Notes: generated from the sequence alone by a model not told the origin. 64,000 nucleotides of DNA from an uncultured Ignavibacteriales bacterium (GCA_964503315.1 CAZCZL010000007.1:12327-76326); one strand, 5' to 3'; positions 41,166-51,227 are shown, numbered from the stretch's first letter. A program made the numbers and translations.

Positions 41166-42692
41166 ATGACCCAGACCATTCGCAAAATACTGATAGCCAA
41201 CCGAGGGGAGATAGCTGTCCGAGTGATTCGCGCCTGCCGCGACCTCGGCATCCGCTCTGTCGCGGTGTATTCCCAGGCGGACAAAACCGCCTTCCATGTC
41301 CGCATGGCCGACGAAGCTATCTGCATCGGCCCCGCACCCTCCAACCAGAGCTACCTCGTCCATGACTCCCTGATTCATGCCGCCAAGCTTTCCGGCGCCG
41401 ATGCCGTCCATCCCGGCTACGGCTTTGTTTCCGAAAACGAAGCTTTTGCCGCCCGGTGTGTCAAAGAGGGGATCATCTTCATCGGTCCCCGCCCTGAAAC
41501 GATTGGCCTGTTGGGCGATAAACTGGCGGCGCGCGAAACCGCTATCAAAGCCAAACTCCCGCTGGTGCAGGGTTCCAATATCGATGTTACCAACCTTGCC
41601 TCTGCCCGTGAGACTGCCAAAAAGATCGGCTACCCGATTCTCGTTAAAGCCGCCGCCGGTGGTGGAGGGAAGGGGATGCGGGTTGTCAACTCCGATGACC
41701 AGTTCGAGGAAGCGCTCCAGTCCGCCGCCTCCGAAGCGAAATCCGCTTTCGGTGACAGCCGCGTCTATATCGAAAAATATCTCGCCCGCCCCCGCCATAT
41801 CGAGATCCAGATCCTCTGTGATCAGCATGGGAACTGCATCCATCTCGGCGAGCGTGAATGCTCCATCCAGCGCCGCCACCAGAAAGTTATCGAAGAATCT
41901 CCATCCCCCATCATGACGCCGGAACTTCGCAAGCGGATGGGGACTGCCGCGGTGGAGATCGCCCGTGCCTCCGGGTATGTTGGTGCCGGGACGGTCGAGT
42001 TCCTCGTCGATGAGCAGAACAACTTCTACTTCCTCGAGGTCAACACCCGCCTCCAAGTCGAACACCCTGTCACCGAAATGGTCACCGGTATCGACCTCGT
42101 CAAAGAGCAGATCGCTGTCGCCGAAGGGAAAAAACTGACTCTTCGCCAGGAAGATATCCAGCTCCGCGGCCATGCCCTCGAATGCCGCATCTACGCCGAG
42201 GATCCCGACAACAATTTCATGCCCTCCACCGGCCTGCTCTCAAGTTACGTTATCCCGGCCGGGCCAGGCGTGCGTGTCGACTCCGGCGTGGTCGTCGGTT
42301 CCGAGATCCCGATCTACTACGACCCGATGATCGCCAAGTTGGTGGTCTGGGGGAAAGACCGGACCGAAGCTATCGATAGAATGAAACGCGCGCTCGAAGA
42401 ATACCGCGTCTCCGGTGTCGAAACGACCATCGGCTTCCACCGCGTCATCATGGATAACAGGAAATTCATCGATGGCGCGCTTTCGACCCGCTTCCTCGAA
42501 GAAGAGTACCCCGACAATATCTACCGTCGCCTGACCGATTTTCTCCGCGAACGCGCCGCGCTCGCGGTCGCCATCGATGCCTACGTCCGTGAGCGGAAGA
42601 TATCAGTCGTCGAACAGCCGCAGACCAACAGCTCCAACTGGTCGGTCTGGCATCGCGTCAACAATCTCCGTCAATTCCGAGGGAGTCGCTGA
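41166..42692 (+). CDS. accC: acyl-CoA (propionyl-CoA) carboxylase, biotin carboxylase subunit
   Basis: 'KILIANRGEIAVR', 'HPGYGF', 'GGGGKGMR', 'RECSIQRRHQK', 'LEVNTRLQVEH'. Confidence 0.95.
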   Translation: MTQTIRKILIANRGEIAVRVIRACRDLGIRSVAVYSQADKTAFHVRMADEAICIGPAPSNQSYLVHDSLIHAAKLSGADAVHPGYGFVSENEAFAARCVKEGIIFIGPRPETIGLLGDKLAARETAIKAKLPLVQGSNIDVTNLASARETAKKIGYPILVKAAAGGGGKGMRVVNSDDQFEEALQSAASEAKSAFGDSRVYIEKYLARPRHIEIQILCDQHGNCIHLGERECSIQRRHQKVIEESPSPIMTPELRKRMGTAAVEIARASGYVGAGTVEFLVDEQNNFYFLEVNTRLQVEHPVTEMVTGIDLVKEQIAVAEGKKLTLRQEDIQLRGHALECRIYAEDPDNNFMPSTGLLSSYVIPAGPGVRVDSGVVVGSEIPIYYDPMIAKLVVWGKDRTEAIDRMKRALEEYRVSGVETTIGFHRVIMDNRKFIDGALSTRFLEEEYPDNIYRRLTDFLRERAALAVAIDAYVRERKISVVEQPQTNSSNWSVWHRVNNLRQFRGSR

Positions 42693-43207
42693 TGCCCCGC
42701 TACTCTGTCGAAATTGACAACCAGGAATTCGATATCCAGCTCGAGTATCGTTCCGAAAAGTTCTTCGCTACGGTCAACGGTCATGCGTTCGAGGTTCAGC
42801 ACCAGTGGCTCGGCGAAAGTCGCGCGCTCCTGTTTATCGGGCATGAATCACTCGAGGTCGATGTCCGTTCCATCGGCGGCAATGGCGAACGATCCATCTT
42901 CATGAAGGGGATCGAGATCCCCGCCTTCATCGAGGATCATGCTGTTGCCCGCATGCGAAAAGCTGCCGGGATCGGCCACCATGTCGCCGCTGATACATCC
43001 ATCAAAGCCCCCATGCCCGGCCTTGTCGTCAAACTTCGTGTTGAACCGGGGGAGAGAGTGGCCAAAGGTCAGCCGCTGCTGATCATCGAAGCGATGAAGA
43101 TGGAGAACATCATCAAAGCCCGCACCGATGGCATCGTCAAGGAGATCAAAGTCAAAGCTGGTCAATCGGTCGAAAAATCGGATACGCTCGTGGAGTTCGA
43201 AGGATGA
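42692..43207 (+). CDS. biotin carboxyl carrier protein subunit
   Basis: 'APMPG', biotinylation motif 'EAMKM'. Confidence 0.93.
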   Translation: MPRYSVEIDNQEFDIQLEYRSEKFFATVNGHAFEVQHQWLGESRALLFIGHESLEVDVRSIGGNGERSIFMKGIEIPAFIEDHAVARMRKAAGIGHHVAADTSIKAPMPGLVVKLRVEPGERVAKGQPLLIIEAMKMENIIKARTDGIVKEIKVKAGQSVEKSDTLVEFEG

Positions 43208-44772
43208 CCAAGCAGAAGAAAACAACTTCCGGCATCCCGATCCCGCCGCTGGTCGATGAATCCAGTCATCCCGCGCATCCTCTCGGCAAACCGGGCGAAT
43301 ATCCGTTCACCCGCGGCATTTATCCCGATATGTATCGCGGACGACTCTGGACGATGCGCCAGTATGCCGGCTTTGGTACCGCCGCCGAAACCAATCGCCG
43401 TTTCAAATATCTACTCGAGCGTGGTCAGACCGGCCTCTCTGTCGCCTTCGACCTCGCGACCCAGATCGGTTTTGACTCTGATCATCCGATGTCTCACGGT
43501 GAGGTCGGCCGCACCGGTGTCGCGATCGATTCCCTTGCCGATATGGAGACACTCTTCGACGGAATCCCGCTCGACAAAGTCTCCACTTCCATGACTATCA
43601 ACTCAACCGCGGTGATATTACTTGCGATGTATATCGCGGTAGGGAAGAAGCAAAACGTGTCGCCGGACAAACTCTCCGGCACAGTGCAGAATGATATCCT
43701 CAAAGAGTTCATCGCGCGCGGCACATACATTCTCCCGCCGGGCGGCTCGATGCGCATCATCACCGATATTTTCGGCTACGCCAACACGCATCTGCCGAAG
43801 TACAACACGATCTCAATTTCCGGCTACCATATTCGCGAGGCTGGCGCCACCGCCGCGCAGGAAGTCGCCTTCACGCTCTCCAACGCCATCGCCTATGTAA
43901 AGGCCGCGTTTGATGCCGGTCTGACTATCGACCAGTTCGCCCCGCGCGTCTCGTTCTTTTTCGCCTCGCATAACGAGCTGTTCGAAGAGGTCGCCAAATT
44001 CCGCGCCGCCCGACGTATCTGGGCGCGCATCGTCAAAGAGCAGTTCGGCGCCAAAGATGACCGCTCCATGCTCCTTCGCTTCCACACGCAGACCGGTGGC
44101 TCAACCCTCACCGCTCAGCAGCCGGAAAACAATATCGTCCGTACCACTATGCAGGCGCTCGCCGCCATTCTCGGCGGCACGCAATCGCTGCATACCAATT
44201 CATTTGATGAAGCCCTCGGTCTACCGACCGAACGCTCCGCTGAGATCGCCCTTCGCACACAGCAGATTCTGGGCTTTGAGTCCGGTGTCGCCGACTCCGC
44301 CGACCCCCTTGGCGGATCATATCTGGTCGAACATCTGACCGATGCTATCGAAGCGAAGATCACCGACCTGATGGCTCACATTGAGCGGCTGGGCGGCTCT
44401 GTCCGCTGTATCGAATCCGGCTACTTCGCCGATGAGCTGGCCCGCTCCGCCTATGAGCACCAGCGGATGGTCGAAAAAGAGGAAAAGATCGTGGTCGGCG
44501 TCAATAAGTTCAAAGCCGACCGCTCGGAGATCCCCGCGGTCTTAAAAGTTGACCCGGAGCTGGAACGTCGCCAGATTGAGGCGGTACAAAAGGTCCGGAA
44601 GAACCGGGACAATGCCAAAGTCGCCACGGCTCTCGCCAACCTCAGAGACGCGGCGCAGGGGAAAGATAATGTCGTCTATCCGGTGCTTGAAGCGGTAGAA
44701 CAGTATGCTACGGTAGGAGAGATATCTGATGTATTTCGCTCTGTCTGGGGAGAATATCGCGCGCGCGGGTAG
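43204..44772 (+). CDS. methylmalonyl-CoA mutase, N-terminal (substrate-binding) subunit
   Basis: '[11 protein letters not shown]', '[10 protein letters not shown]', '[10 protein letters not shown]', '[10 protein letters not shown]'; no B12-binding domain in this ORF. Confidence 0.95.
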   Translation: MTKQKKTTSGIPIPPLVDESSHPAHPLGKPGEYPFTRGIYPDMYRGRLWTMRQYAGFGTAAETNRRFKYLLERGQTGLSVAFDLATQIGFDSDHPMSHGEVGRTGVAIDSLADMETLFDGIPLDKVSTSMTINSTAVILLAMYIAVGKKQNVSPDKLSGTVQNDILKEFIARGTYILPPGGSMRIITDIFGYANTHLPKYNTISISGYHIREAGATAAQEVAFTLSNAIAYVKAAFDAGLTIDQFAPRVSFFFASHNELFEEVAKFRAARRIWARIVKEQFGAKDDRSMLLRFHTQTGGSTLTAQQPENNIVRTTMQALAAILGGTQSLHTNSFDEALGLPTERSAEIALRTQQILGFESGVADSADPLGGSYLVEHLTDAIEAKITDLMAHIERLGGSVRCIESGYFADELARSAYEHQRMVEKEEKIVVGVNKFKADRSEIPAVLKVDPELERRQIEAVQKVRKNRDNAKVATALANLRDAAQGKDNVVYPVLEAVEQYATVGEISDVFRSVWGEYRARG

Positions 44773-45271
44773 AACCGCCTTCATCTGTCTCGTGATCGGC
44801 ATTCTTATCGGATGCACCGGCGGAGACAACACCGGCACGGCTGACAAACCTGTCGCCGAGATCGATGACCGTGCCGCGGTCCAGGAATCCCTTACCGAGG
44901 TCATCACCCGCTGGCGCTACAAGGACAAAGCCGGCCTCTACGACAACGAGTTCCCTTATCTTCGCGAAAAGATGTCGTTCGACGAGTACCTCCAGACCAA
45001 AGATATGCAGATGGATGCTGACACCGTTATGGGGATCGAAGTGAAGGAGTGTTACTTCCATGACCGCGATTCTGTCGATGTCCTGGTGGAGGTCCTGTTC
45101 GAAGGGCCCAAAAAGATCAAGACCCGCATGCGCGACGCATATCGCATGTTCTTCTGGGACGGCAAATGGATCCGCCCCACGCTTTCCAATATCGATTCGC
45201 AAAAGGAGTGGGAAAAGATGAAGAAAGCGTACGAGGAAGCGGTCAAGGAAGAGGATGACTCGGGCAACTGA
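44729..45271 (+). CDS. hypothetical lipoprotein (NTF2-like)
   Basis: Lipobox-like 'ILIGC'; start uncertain (overlaps mutase end). Confidence 0.65.
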   Translation: MYFALSGENIARAGRTAFICLVIGILIGCTGGDNTGTADKPVAEIDDRAAVQESLTEVITRWRYKDKAGLYDNEFPYLREKMSFDEYLQTKDMQMDADTVMGIEVKECYFHDRDSVDVLVEVLFEGPKKIKTRMRDAYRMFFWDGKWIRPTLSNIDSQKEWEKMKKAYEEAVKEEDDSGN

Positions 45272-45272
45272 T

Positions 45273-45695
45273 ATGTCCGATACACTCATCTCTCATGTCG
45301 GCATCGCCGTCGCCGATCTGGAAAAAGCGATCATCCTCTATCAGCAACTCACCGGACTCGCGCCCGCACCGATCGTTGAGGTTCCCGACCAGAAGGTTCG
45401 CGTCGCCATGTTTGCCGCTCCCGCAGGCCATCCGCACCCCGGCGGACGAATTGAACTGGTCGCGGCCACTTCTCCGGATTCCCCCATCGCGAAATTTATC
45501 GCCCGCAAAGGGGAGGGACTGCATCATATCTGCATCTATGTGGATGATATCAACGCCCGCCTCGCTGCGCTCAAAGCCGCTGGTCTGAAATTGATCGATG
45601 AATCGCCGCGTATCGGCGCCGATGGCGAGAAGATCGCCTTTGTGCATCCCGCCTCCACCGGCGGAGTTCTGCTGGAACTTCAGGAAAAAAACTAG
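45273..45695 (+). CDS. mce: methylmalonyl-CoA epimerase
   Basis: 'HVGIAV.DL', 'IELV', 'GEGLHHIC', 'AFVHP...GVLLEL'. Confidence 0.93.
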   Translation: MSDTLISHVGIAVADLEKAIILYQQLTGLAPAPIVEVPDQKVRVAMFAAPAGHPHPGGRIELVAATSPDSPIAKFIARKGEGLHHICIYVDDINARLAALKAAGLKLIDESPRIGADGEKIAFVHPASTGGVLLELQEKN

Positions 45696-46462
45696 CCGAC
45701 TCGGCTGACTTGACGGCTCTGTCCACAGAACGTACAGACCGACTCCAGATGACGATTCTCCGTCCCGCACGCGCATTTCCAGTGCGATGACTTCACCTCG
45801 TTCATCTTCGCCTTCTGATTCTGTCGAAAGCGCGCAAAGAAGAGAATACCAATAATGAGCAATATGGGAACGCCGAATGTCAGCATCCGATTTTTCGGCG
45901 CCAGGAAGACATCTTTCTCATGTTTTCCCACAAACCGGAAATCCTGCTGCATCCCGGCCAGATCCTCTGCGAATTGCGGATAATCCTCAAACCCGGCCCG
46001 CCCCCAGAGCGTGAATAGATACTGATCGCCGCTATTCAAACGATACAGCACCCCCATCATCCGATGCCGCACCATCGCCCCTTCCGTCATATCCTGCGAA
46101 GTGAACTCCAGCACAAAGCGGACGTTGTCGCCGTCGTTGTAGCCGCTCGAAGTCAGCAGTTTCGAATTGGGGAGAGTCAGGATGACCGAATCGATCACGC
46201 GATCGACCGACGCTTTCAATGATGCCTGATTATCGATCGACCCCTCCAACTCAAGCGTCGACTTGAATATCAGCATCTCCGACTCTTTGCCGGAGGACAT
46301 CAGCAGAAACGGATAGGAACTACTATCCCCCAATACCTCCCAGCCATCATCTACGGGCAGTTCGATCTCATCCGCCAACCGGACCACCTGCGCCGAAATC
46401 GGCAGGGCGATGAGCAGTATGCTTGCCGTCAGAATTACGCTCGGTATAAAGGGAAATCGCAT
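45692..46462 (-). CDS. exported protein with C-terminal TM anchor and cytoplasmic RanBP2-type zinc finger
   Basis: Signal peptide; TM 'FGVPILLIIGILFFA'; 'WKCACGTENR...CTFCG'. Confidence 0.75.
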   Translation of the reverse strand: MRFPFIPSVILTASILLIALPISAQVVRLADEIELPVDDGWEVLGDSSSYPFLLMSSGKESEMLIFKSTLELEGSIDNQASLKASVDRVIDSVILTLPNSKLLTSSGYNDGDNVRFVLEFTSQDMTEGAMVRHRMMGVLYRLNSGDQYLFTLWGRAGFEDYPQFAEDLAGMQQDFRFVGKHEKDVFLAPKNRMLTFGVPILLIIGILFFARFRQNQKAKMNEVKSSHWKCACGTENRHLESVCTFCGQSRQVSRVG

Positions 46463-46513
46463 AGATGCATTATCGGCAGAATCCCCGGAAACCCAAAGGA
46501 GGCCCGAACAATT

Positions 46514-46827
46514 GAGCGGCAGACGTCCCCGTCTGCCCTGAACGTCATTTCTTTCCGTAGAAGAGGCTTCGACCACGCTCAGAATTGTAGGTCGAAACCC
46601 TTGCCCCGAAGGGGTCGCGAAGTGAGGTTTCGACATTCTGGTCTACCAAATCGGGCTGAGCGGAGTCGAAGCCCGACATCTCGTCATAATTCATTCTTGA
46701 CCCAAAGATCGTGTCGGCCGTGAGATCTTTCCCCTCTCCCTCTGGGAGAGGGTGCCCCGAAGGGGCGGGTGAGGGTCATCAACGTAATACCGTCCTGCTA
46801 ATCGGGCTGAGCGGAGTCGAAGCCCGA
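46514..46827. repeat. REP-like palindrome cluster
   Basis: GCGGCAGACGTCCCCGTCTGCC, two CGGGCTGAGCGGAGTCGAAGCCCG, CCCTCTCCCTCTGGGAGAGGG. Confidence 0.8.
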
Positions 46828-46835
46828 TTATCCCC

Positions 46836-47150
46836 CTAAAAATTCCTCTTCAAACTCTCCCGCACCATCTTCACCCGCTCCCGGATGAACTCATCCCTCT
46901 CCATCGCGGGGCGGTACACAAAATTCCGCCCATCTTTCTCTCGCGCCAACATCCCCTTCTCATACAGCCGCGCCATCACTGTCATGATCGTCGTGTATGC
47001 CCGCTTGTTTTCGCCGAGAAAGGTCAGCGCCTTCTTGACGGTCAGCTCGCCATGTTTCCAGGCAAGCTCCATTACGCGGGCCTCGGTCGGCCCGAGAAAA
47101 ACGGTCAGGCCCGATCCCTCGGGATCAAAATAAAATGCGTGATTGCCCAC
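46836..47150 (-). CDS. BlaI/MecI/CopY family transcriptional repressor
   Basis: 'LGPTEARVMELAW', 'AYTTIMTVMARLYEKG.L.R.K.GR.FVYRP'; GTG start inferred. Confidence 0.9.
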   Translation of the reverse strand: MGNHAFYFDPEGSGLTVFLGPTEARVMELAWKHGELTVKKALTFLGENKRAYTTIMTVMARLYEKGMLAREKDGRNFVYRPAMERDEFIRERVKMVRESLKRNF

Positions 47151-47152
47151 GG

Positions 47153-47320
47153 TTACGGCTGTGGAGGATTGTCCCGGCGAGTGTGCCGGAAGATCATCGA
47201 TGCTCCGACCAGGATGATCGCGATCGGCCAGAAATAATCCCACCAGTTGCCACCGATGATATCAAGCTGGCTCAAGAGGATCAGTATGCCGAGAACGAGC
47301 AGAAGTATCCCTACAAACAT
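47153..47320 (-). CDS. small membrane protein (DUF5668/LiaF-TM-like)
   Basis: 'GILLLVLGILILL..L......WWDYFWPIAIILVG'; GGAG RBS. Confidence 0.8.
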   Translation of the reverse strand: MFVGILLLVLGILILLSQLDIIGGNWWDYFWPIAIILVGASMIFRHTRRDNPPQP

Positions 47321-47485
47321 CGCGTACTCCCAATTAGGTGTGTGCTGATATTCCTGATACGATGGTTCCTTGCGGCAGGTTGCGCAAGCCCCAAAATGCC
47401 GGGCCGACCGCAAAGAAAACGCCTCCCGAGGGAAGGTATCTCGAGAGGCGTAAAGGGAGGAGGAGGGTTGGGGTGTTCTTACGGT

Positions 47486-47806
47486 TTATTTTTCAGATTT
47501 GAACTTTCTCGCTACTGCGGCCGCGCCCAAACCGATCCCCATCAGCACCAGCGTACCTGGTTCGGGAGTCGGCGTTGGATTCGGATTCGGAGTTGGACCA
47601 GGCTTGTGGCCTCGACCGTCCTTATCCGTCTTATCATACTTTTTGCCATGGTTCGGCTTGGGATCTTTCCCTTTGCCTTCACCCGGCTTGGTCGGAACCG
47701 TGATACCGTAGACATCCGCGAACGTGATCGACATGACGATCAGGAACGCGAGCGCCGCGACGATCCACTTTCCGATGCCGTTTTCGTTCCGATGATAGAC
47801 CTTCAT
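47486..47806 (-). CDS. small PEP-CTERM sorting-domain protein
   Basis: C-terminal 'PTPEPGTLVLMGIGLGAAAVARKFK'. Confidence 0.9.
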   Translation of the reverse strand: MKVYHRNENGIGKWIVAALAFLIVMSITFADVYGITVPTKPGEGKGKDPKPNHGKKYDKTDKDGRGHKPGPTPNPNPTPTPEPGTLVLMGIGLGAAAVARKFKSEK

Positions 47807-47861
47807 ACCTATGCCCTTTGCCGAAGACTATCTGTTATAAATTCGTTCTGAACCCTATTAA

Positions 47862-47878
47862 AGCAAAGCCGGTGCCAA
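47862..47878 (-). promoter_or_regulatory. sigma54 (-24/-12) promoter of the PEP-CTERM gene
   Basis: Minus strand TTGGCACCGGCTTTGCT: GG-N10-GC spacing. Confidence 0.85.
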
Positions 47879-47975
47879 AGGCTGTCGAGGTCGAATCGAA
47901 TCGCCGTATCTTCGTGATATATAATGCGATAGGTAGCGCACCAAAAACCGAGACTATCCCCCCTGTTTAACACTA

Positions 47976-47991
47976 GTGCAATCCCTTGCAC
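47976..47991. promoter_or_regulatory. palindromic operator/enhancer candidate
   Basis: GTGCAA-TCCC-TTGCAC about 100 bp upstream of the sigma54 site. Confidence 0.5.
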
Positions 47992-48067
47992 AAATATAGA
48001 AGCGAACCATTAGCTCTTCTGAATTGGCTCCCTTTAGCAGAAGCAGTCGCTAAACTCAGGAGCTTGC

Positions 48068-49567
48068 ATGAAAAACTCCCGCGGGCGTATCATCGCCCAA
48101 CTTGATCTCAATTCACCCCTCCCCATCGCCGACCTGGTCCCGCTTATCAACCAGCGGATCAACCCACCCACCCCGGTCACGGAGGCTGATATCTATATCC
48201 GCGCCATGTTCATCCTCTCCGACCAGACCAACGCGTATGGCGGACGGTTCCCCTCCGATGAACACCCCCGCCTGGCCGATCTTCTGGTGGACTCACCCGT
48301 TCTGGTCGGACATCGACGTGACCTTCTTCCCATCGGTCGAACATTCCATGCCCTCTGCGTCACGCAGGATGGCCGCAACTGGGTCAAGAGCTATTTCTAT
48401 TGGCTGAAGTCCGCTGAAGGCGCGGAGACTCTGCGCGATAATATCGATGCCGGCATTTACAAAGAATGCTCTATCGGATTTGTCTACGGTCTCCCCGAAT
48501 GCTCCATCTGCGGCAAAGATATTCGAGTCTGCCCCCATGAGCCGATGCAGTCTTATGCCGTCAATGGTGAACCGACCGACTGCCATTTCAACTACCGCCA
48601 GATCGACCGTGTGCTCGAAACTTCCCTCGTCTACCGGGGCGCCATCCCCGACACCTCCATCACCCGCGACCTCGCCATCACCAAGGCATCCGGCGCCGAT
48701 GAACCGCTCCGTATCGACTCGCTGGATGACCTCCCGCCCGCCACTCGCTATCTCATCACGCCCCGGTACGAGGGAATCGATATTCGCTTGAAAAATCTGC
48801 CGCATGGATTCGTCGCCGCCCGTCTCACCGGCGAAGAAATACCATTACCACTCGACAACCTCACCGACTTGGAACTTGGATCCAGAGACCGTCTGGCGCG
48901 TCTGGTCGGCTACCGCGGACGTGAACGCTCCACCTCCGCGCAACTCGAACGCTACCTTTCCGGCGCCCATGCCGCGGTCAATCGCGCGACGCTGTTTCTC
49001 TATCCACTCTCAGAGCAGGAGACCGGCCTCCTGCTAAAACCGATAGAATCTCTGGACTGCCGCTTCATTCGTTCCCGCTTTGTGACGCGCCCGCAGATTC
49101 AGCAGGCGGTCGATGACCTCGCCACCCGCGAGGGAGTAGAGATACATCTGATCGACCAAACTCAGTCGAACGGGCGATTCCTCTATCAGCCACGCGAACA
49201 CAATGCTCAGCAGATCCCGATCCTTCGTCTCGCTCGCATGTCTCACTCCGATGACTGGCTCTTGGATATCAACACCGACCAGCCGAGGCAATTCATCATC
49301 CGCCAATTCGATATCGCGCGCTTCCGACATTCAGCCCGCTTTGTCGCCGACCAGATCCTTCCGCCCATGCGCATCCCCGTTGATCCCAAGATGCAACTCA
49401 GTTGGCGGTCCGCTAAACTGACTCAGCGTGACAACGCGCTTTCTCTCGAGGTAGGGGAGAGGCAGGGGGGAGTCCTACGAATTCAACCGATCCGGATCGA
49501 AGGGAAACCTCGCTACCTGTTCTACCGTGCGGACAGACCCGTCTCACGTTCCAAGGAGAATCTATGA
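48068..49567 (+). CDS. prohead (maturation) protease with C-terminal extension resembling a degenerate ATP-dependent ligase domain
   Basis: 'PVLVGH', 'NIDAGIYKECSIGF', 'CSICG..CPH', 'ETSLVYRGA'; C-half 'PRYEG', 'TREGVEI'; AGGAG RBS. Confidence 0.75.
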   Translation: MKNSRGRIIAQLDLNSPLPIADLVPLINQRINPPTPVTEADIYIRAMFILSDQTNAYGGRFPSDEHPRLADLLVDSPVLVGHRRDLLPIGRTFHALCVTQDGRNWVKSYFYWLKSAEGAETLRDNIDAGIYKECSIGFVYGLPECSICGKDIRVCPHEPMQSYAVNGEPTDCHFNYRQIDRVLETSLVYRGAIPDTSITRDLAITKASGADEPLRIDSLDDLPPATRYLITPRYEGIDIRLKNLPHGFVAARLTGEEIPLPLDNLTDLELGSRDRLARLVGYRGRERSTSAQLERYLSGAHAAVNRATLFLYPLSEQETGLLLKPIESLDCRFIRSRFVTRPQIQQAVDDLATREGVEIHLIDQTQSNGRFLYQPREHNAQQIPILRLARMSHSDDWLLDINTDQPRQFIIRQFDIARFRHSARFVADQILPPMRIPVDPKMQLSWRSAKLTQRDNALSLEVGERQGGVLRIQPIRIEGKPRYLFYRADRPVSRSKENL

Positions 49568-49917
49568 CCAGTCCTCCTCCCACCACGCGCCGCTCCGCCC
49601 GTCACCCGGCCGAGAATGGGCTCCTCCGCTTCAGCGGTCAATTGTTCAATCTGCTCATGATCGCGCTTTCCATCGCCGCCGCGTACTTCATGACGATCCA
49701 GTCAATCAAAGTTGAGCTGGCTGCCAAAGCTGAGTCCGCCTCGGTCGCGGCGCTCGACAAAAAACTGGGGGTTGTCGAGATCCTCCTCAAAGAGGGAGTC
49801 GTCAACAAAGAAGAATTCTACCGCTTCTCAACCTCCATCGACTCCCGCCTCGCCCGTATCGAATACCTCGTCTCTGACCCCACACAGGAGAGAACCCGTG
49901 CCCAACGACAACCGTAA
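49564..49917 (+). CDS. small protein with one TM helix and coiled coil
   Basis: TM 'LFNLLMIALSIAAAYFMTI'; ATGA overlap. Confidence 0.75.
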   Translation: MTSPPPTTRRSARHPAENGLLRFSGQLFNLLMIALSIAAAYFMTIQSIKVELAAKAESASVAALDKKLGVVEILLKEGVVNKEEFYRFSTSIDSRLARIEYLVSDPTQERTRAQRQP

Positions 49918-50323
49918 CAGTTTCGATCCCGATGAGGGAGCGCGCCTGGCCGACCAGCTCTGCTCCCGGGATCTCCCATCTATCGATTTCGACTCACTCG
50001 CCACCTGGCTCCGCGCCGCTGGCGAACATCTCCGGCAACTCACACACGAAAAAGAGAGCCATCATGCCTTTAAGCGGTCTGTGCAACAACTCGAGCATGA
50101 CCTGAATCTCCTCCGTGCTGATTACCGCGCGCGAATTGCCGGTCTGCTCAAAGCGATCGCCATCGCCGACAACTCCCGCGCCCGCCACGATGCCCTGGCT
50201 GAGATCATCAATTCACTCTCCACTATGTCCGCCGAAGAATTGATTGCCTGCTACCGCCGCACCTCCGCCATCTTCCGCGACCACTTCCCCAACACCCTCC
50301 CACCGTTGAAAGTGGGTCAATGA
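49898..50323 (+). CDS. helical protein, putative capsid scaffold
   Basis: AGGAG RBS + GTG 49898; coiled coil 'VQQLEHDLNLLRADYRARI'; position between protease and decoration/capsid genes. Confidence 0.55.
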   Translation: MPNDNRNSFDPDEGARLADQLCSRDLPSIDFDSLATWLRAAGEHLRQLTHEKESHHAFKRSVQQLEHDLNLLRADYRARIAGLLKAIAIADNSRARHDALAEIINSLSTMSAEELIACYRRTSAIFRDHFPNTLPPLKVGQ

Positions 50324-50329
50324 TCGCGT

Positions 50330-50512
50330 GGGCTTCGACTGCGCTCAGCCCGATTACATCTGCGCGGCAGACGTCCTCGTCTGCCTGTGAGACAGCTTGA
50401 TGTCTGTCATCGCGAGGTTTGCCGGCACTACTCGATCATCTCAACCGAACTCTCCGCGGCAAACCGTCGCGATCTCTACTGATCAATTGGGCTGAGCGTA
50501 GTCGAAGCCCAA
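50330..50512. repeat. composite REP mosaic, copy 1
   Basis: A(rc)-B-C-A arrangement; see findings. Confidence 0.9.
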
Positions 50513-50578
50513 ATTCGAACAACCCAATCACCACCGTACCCCACCATTTATGGTGGGCCATCACAAGGAAAATCCCCC

Positions 50579-51001
50579 ATGTCCATCCGCGACCACAATC
50601 TCGAATCCATCGCCCCCGTCTTCGCCTCCTTCAAGATCCACCAGACCGCCACCGTCGATGACCTCAAAGATCTCCACCTCGGCCAGCCCGTTATGCTGAC
50701 CGGTAACTCCGAGATCGGTCCCATCACCAACAGCGGCCAGCTTCTCGGCAAACTTATCGCGCTGACACTCACCGACAACGACAATGGCAAACGTGTCGCC
50801 ACTGTCCAGATCGGCGGTATCTGCCGCCTGGCCGTTTCCGCGACAGTGCCATCCATCGGCAATCGTGTCGTTGGCGGAACCGCCGGCACTGTGAAACAAG
50901 CACCGGTCCTCGCCGCCTATGACCCGGCCGGTGGCAATATCGCTCGCGGCACCGTCATCGACATCAACGGCACCACCGACTGCCTGATCCTGCTAAACTA
51001 G
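50579..51001 (+). CDS. capsid decoration/cement-like protein
   Basis: 140 aa, Gly-rich beta pattern 'GQPVML', 'ATVQIGG', 'G.+V.+'; immediately upstream of MCP. Confidence 0.7.
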   Translation: MSIRDHNLESIAPVFASFKIHQTATVDDLKDLHLGQPVMLTGNSEIGPITNSGQLLGKLIALTLTDNDNGKRVATVQIGGICRLAVSATVPSIGNRVVGGTAGTVKQAPVLAAYDPAGGNIARGTVIDINGTTDCLILLN

Positions 51002-51031
51002 CATTCCCGTCATCGCGAGCTTCGACAATTT

Positions 51032-51179
51032 GCGCGGCAGACGTCCTCGTCTGCCCGAACACAACGCAACACCTGTCATCGCGAGGTTTGCCTGCACTTC
51101 CCGAACATCTCAACCGAAATCTCCGCAGCAAACCGTCGCGATCCCTTGATCAATTGGGCTGAGCGTAGTCGAAGCCCAA
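51032..51179. repeat. composite REP mosaic, copy 2
   Basis: B-C-A arrangement. Confidence 0.9.
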
Positions 51180-51227
51180 TTTCGAACAACCCAAACCCAC
51201 ATCAACCTCCCTTCCCAAGGAACCCCC

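Noticed and set aside
47891-47900. TCGAATCGAA shared with the terminase terminator region (minus strand, 20435-20444)
   Set aside because: Short low-complexity match; the other copy is explained by the hairpin.
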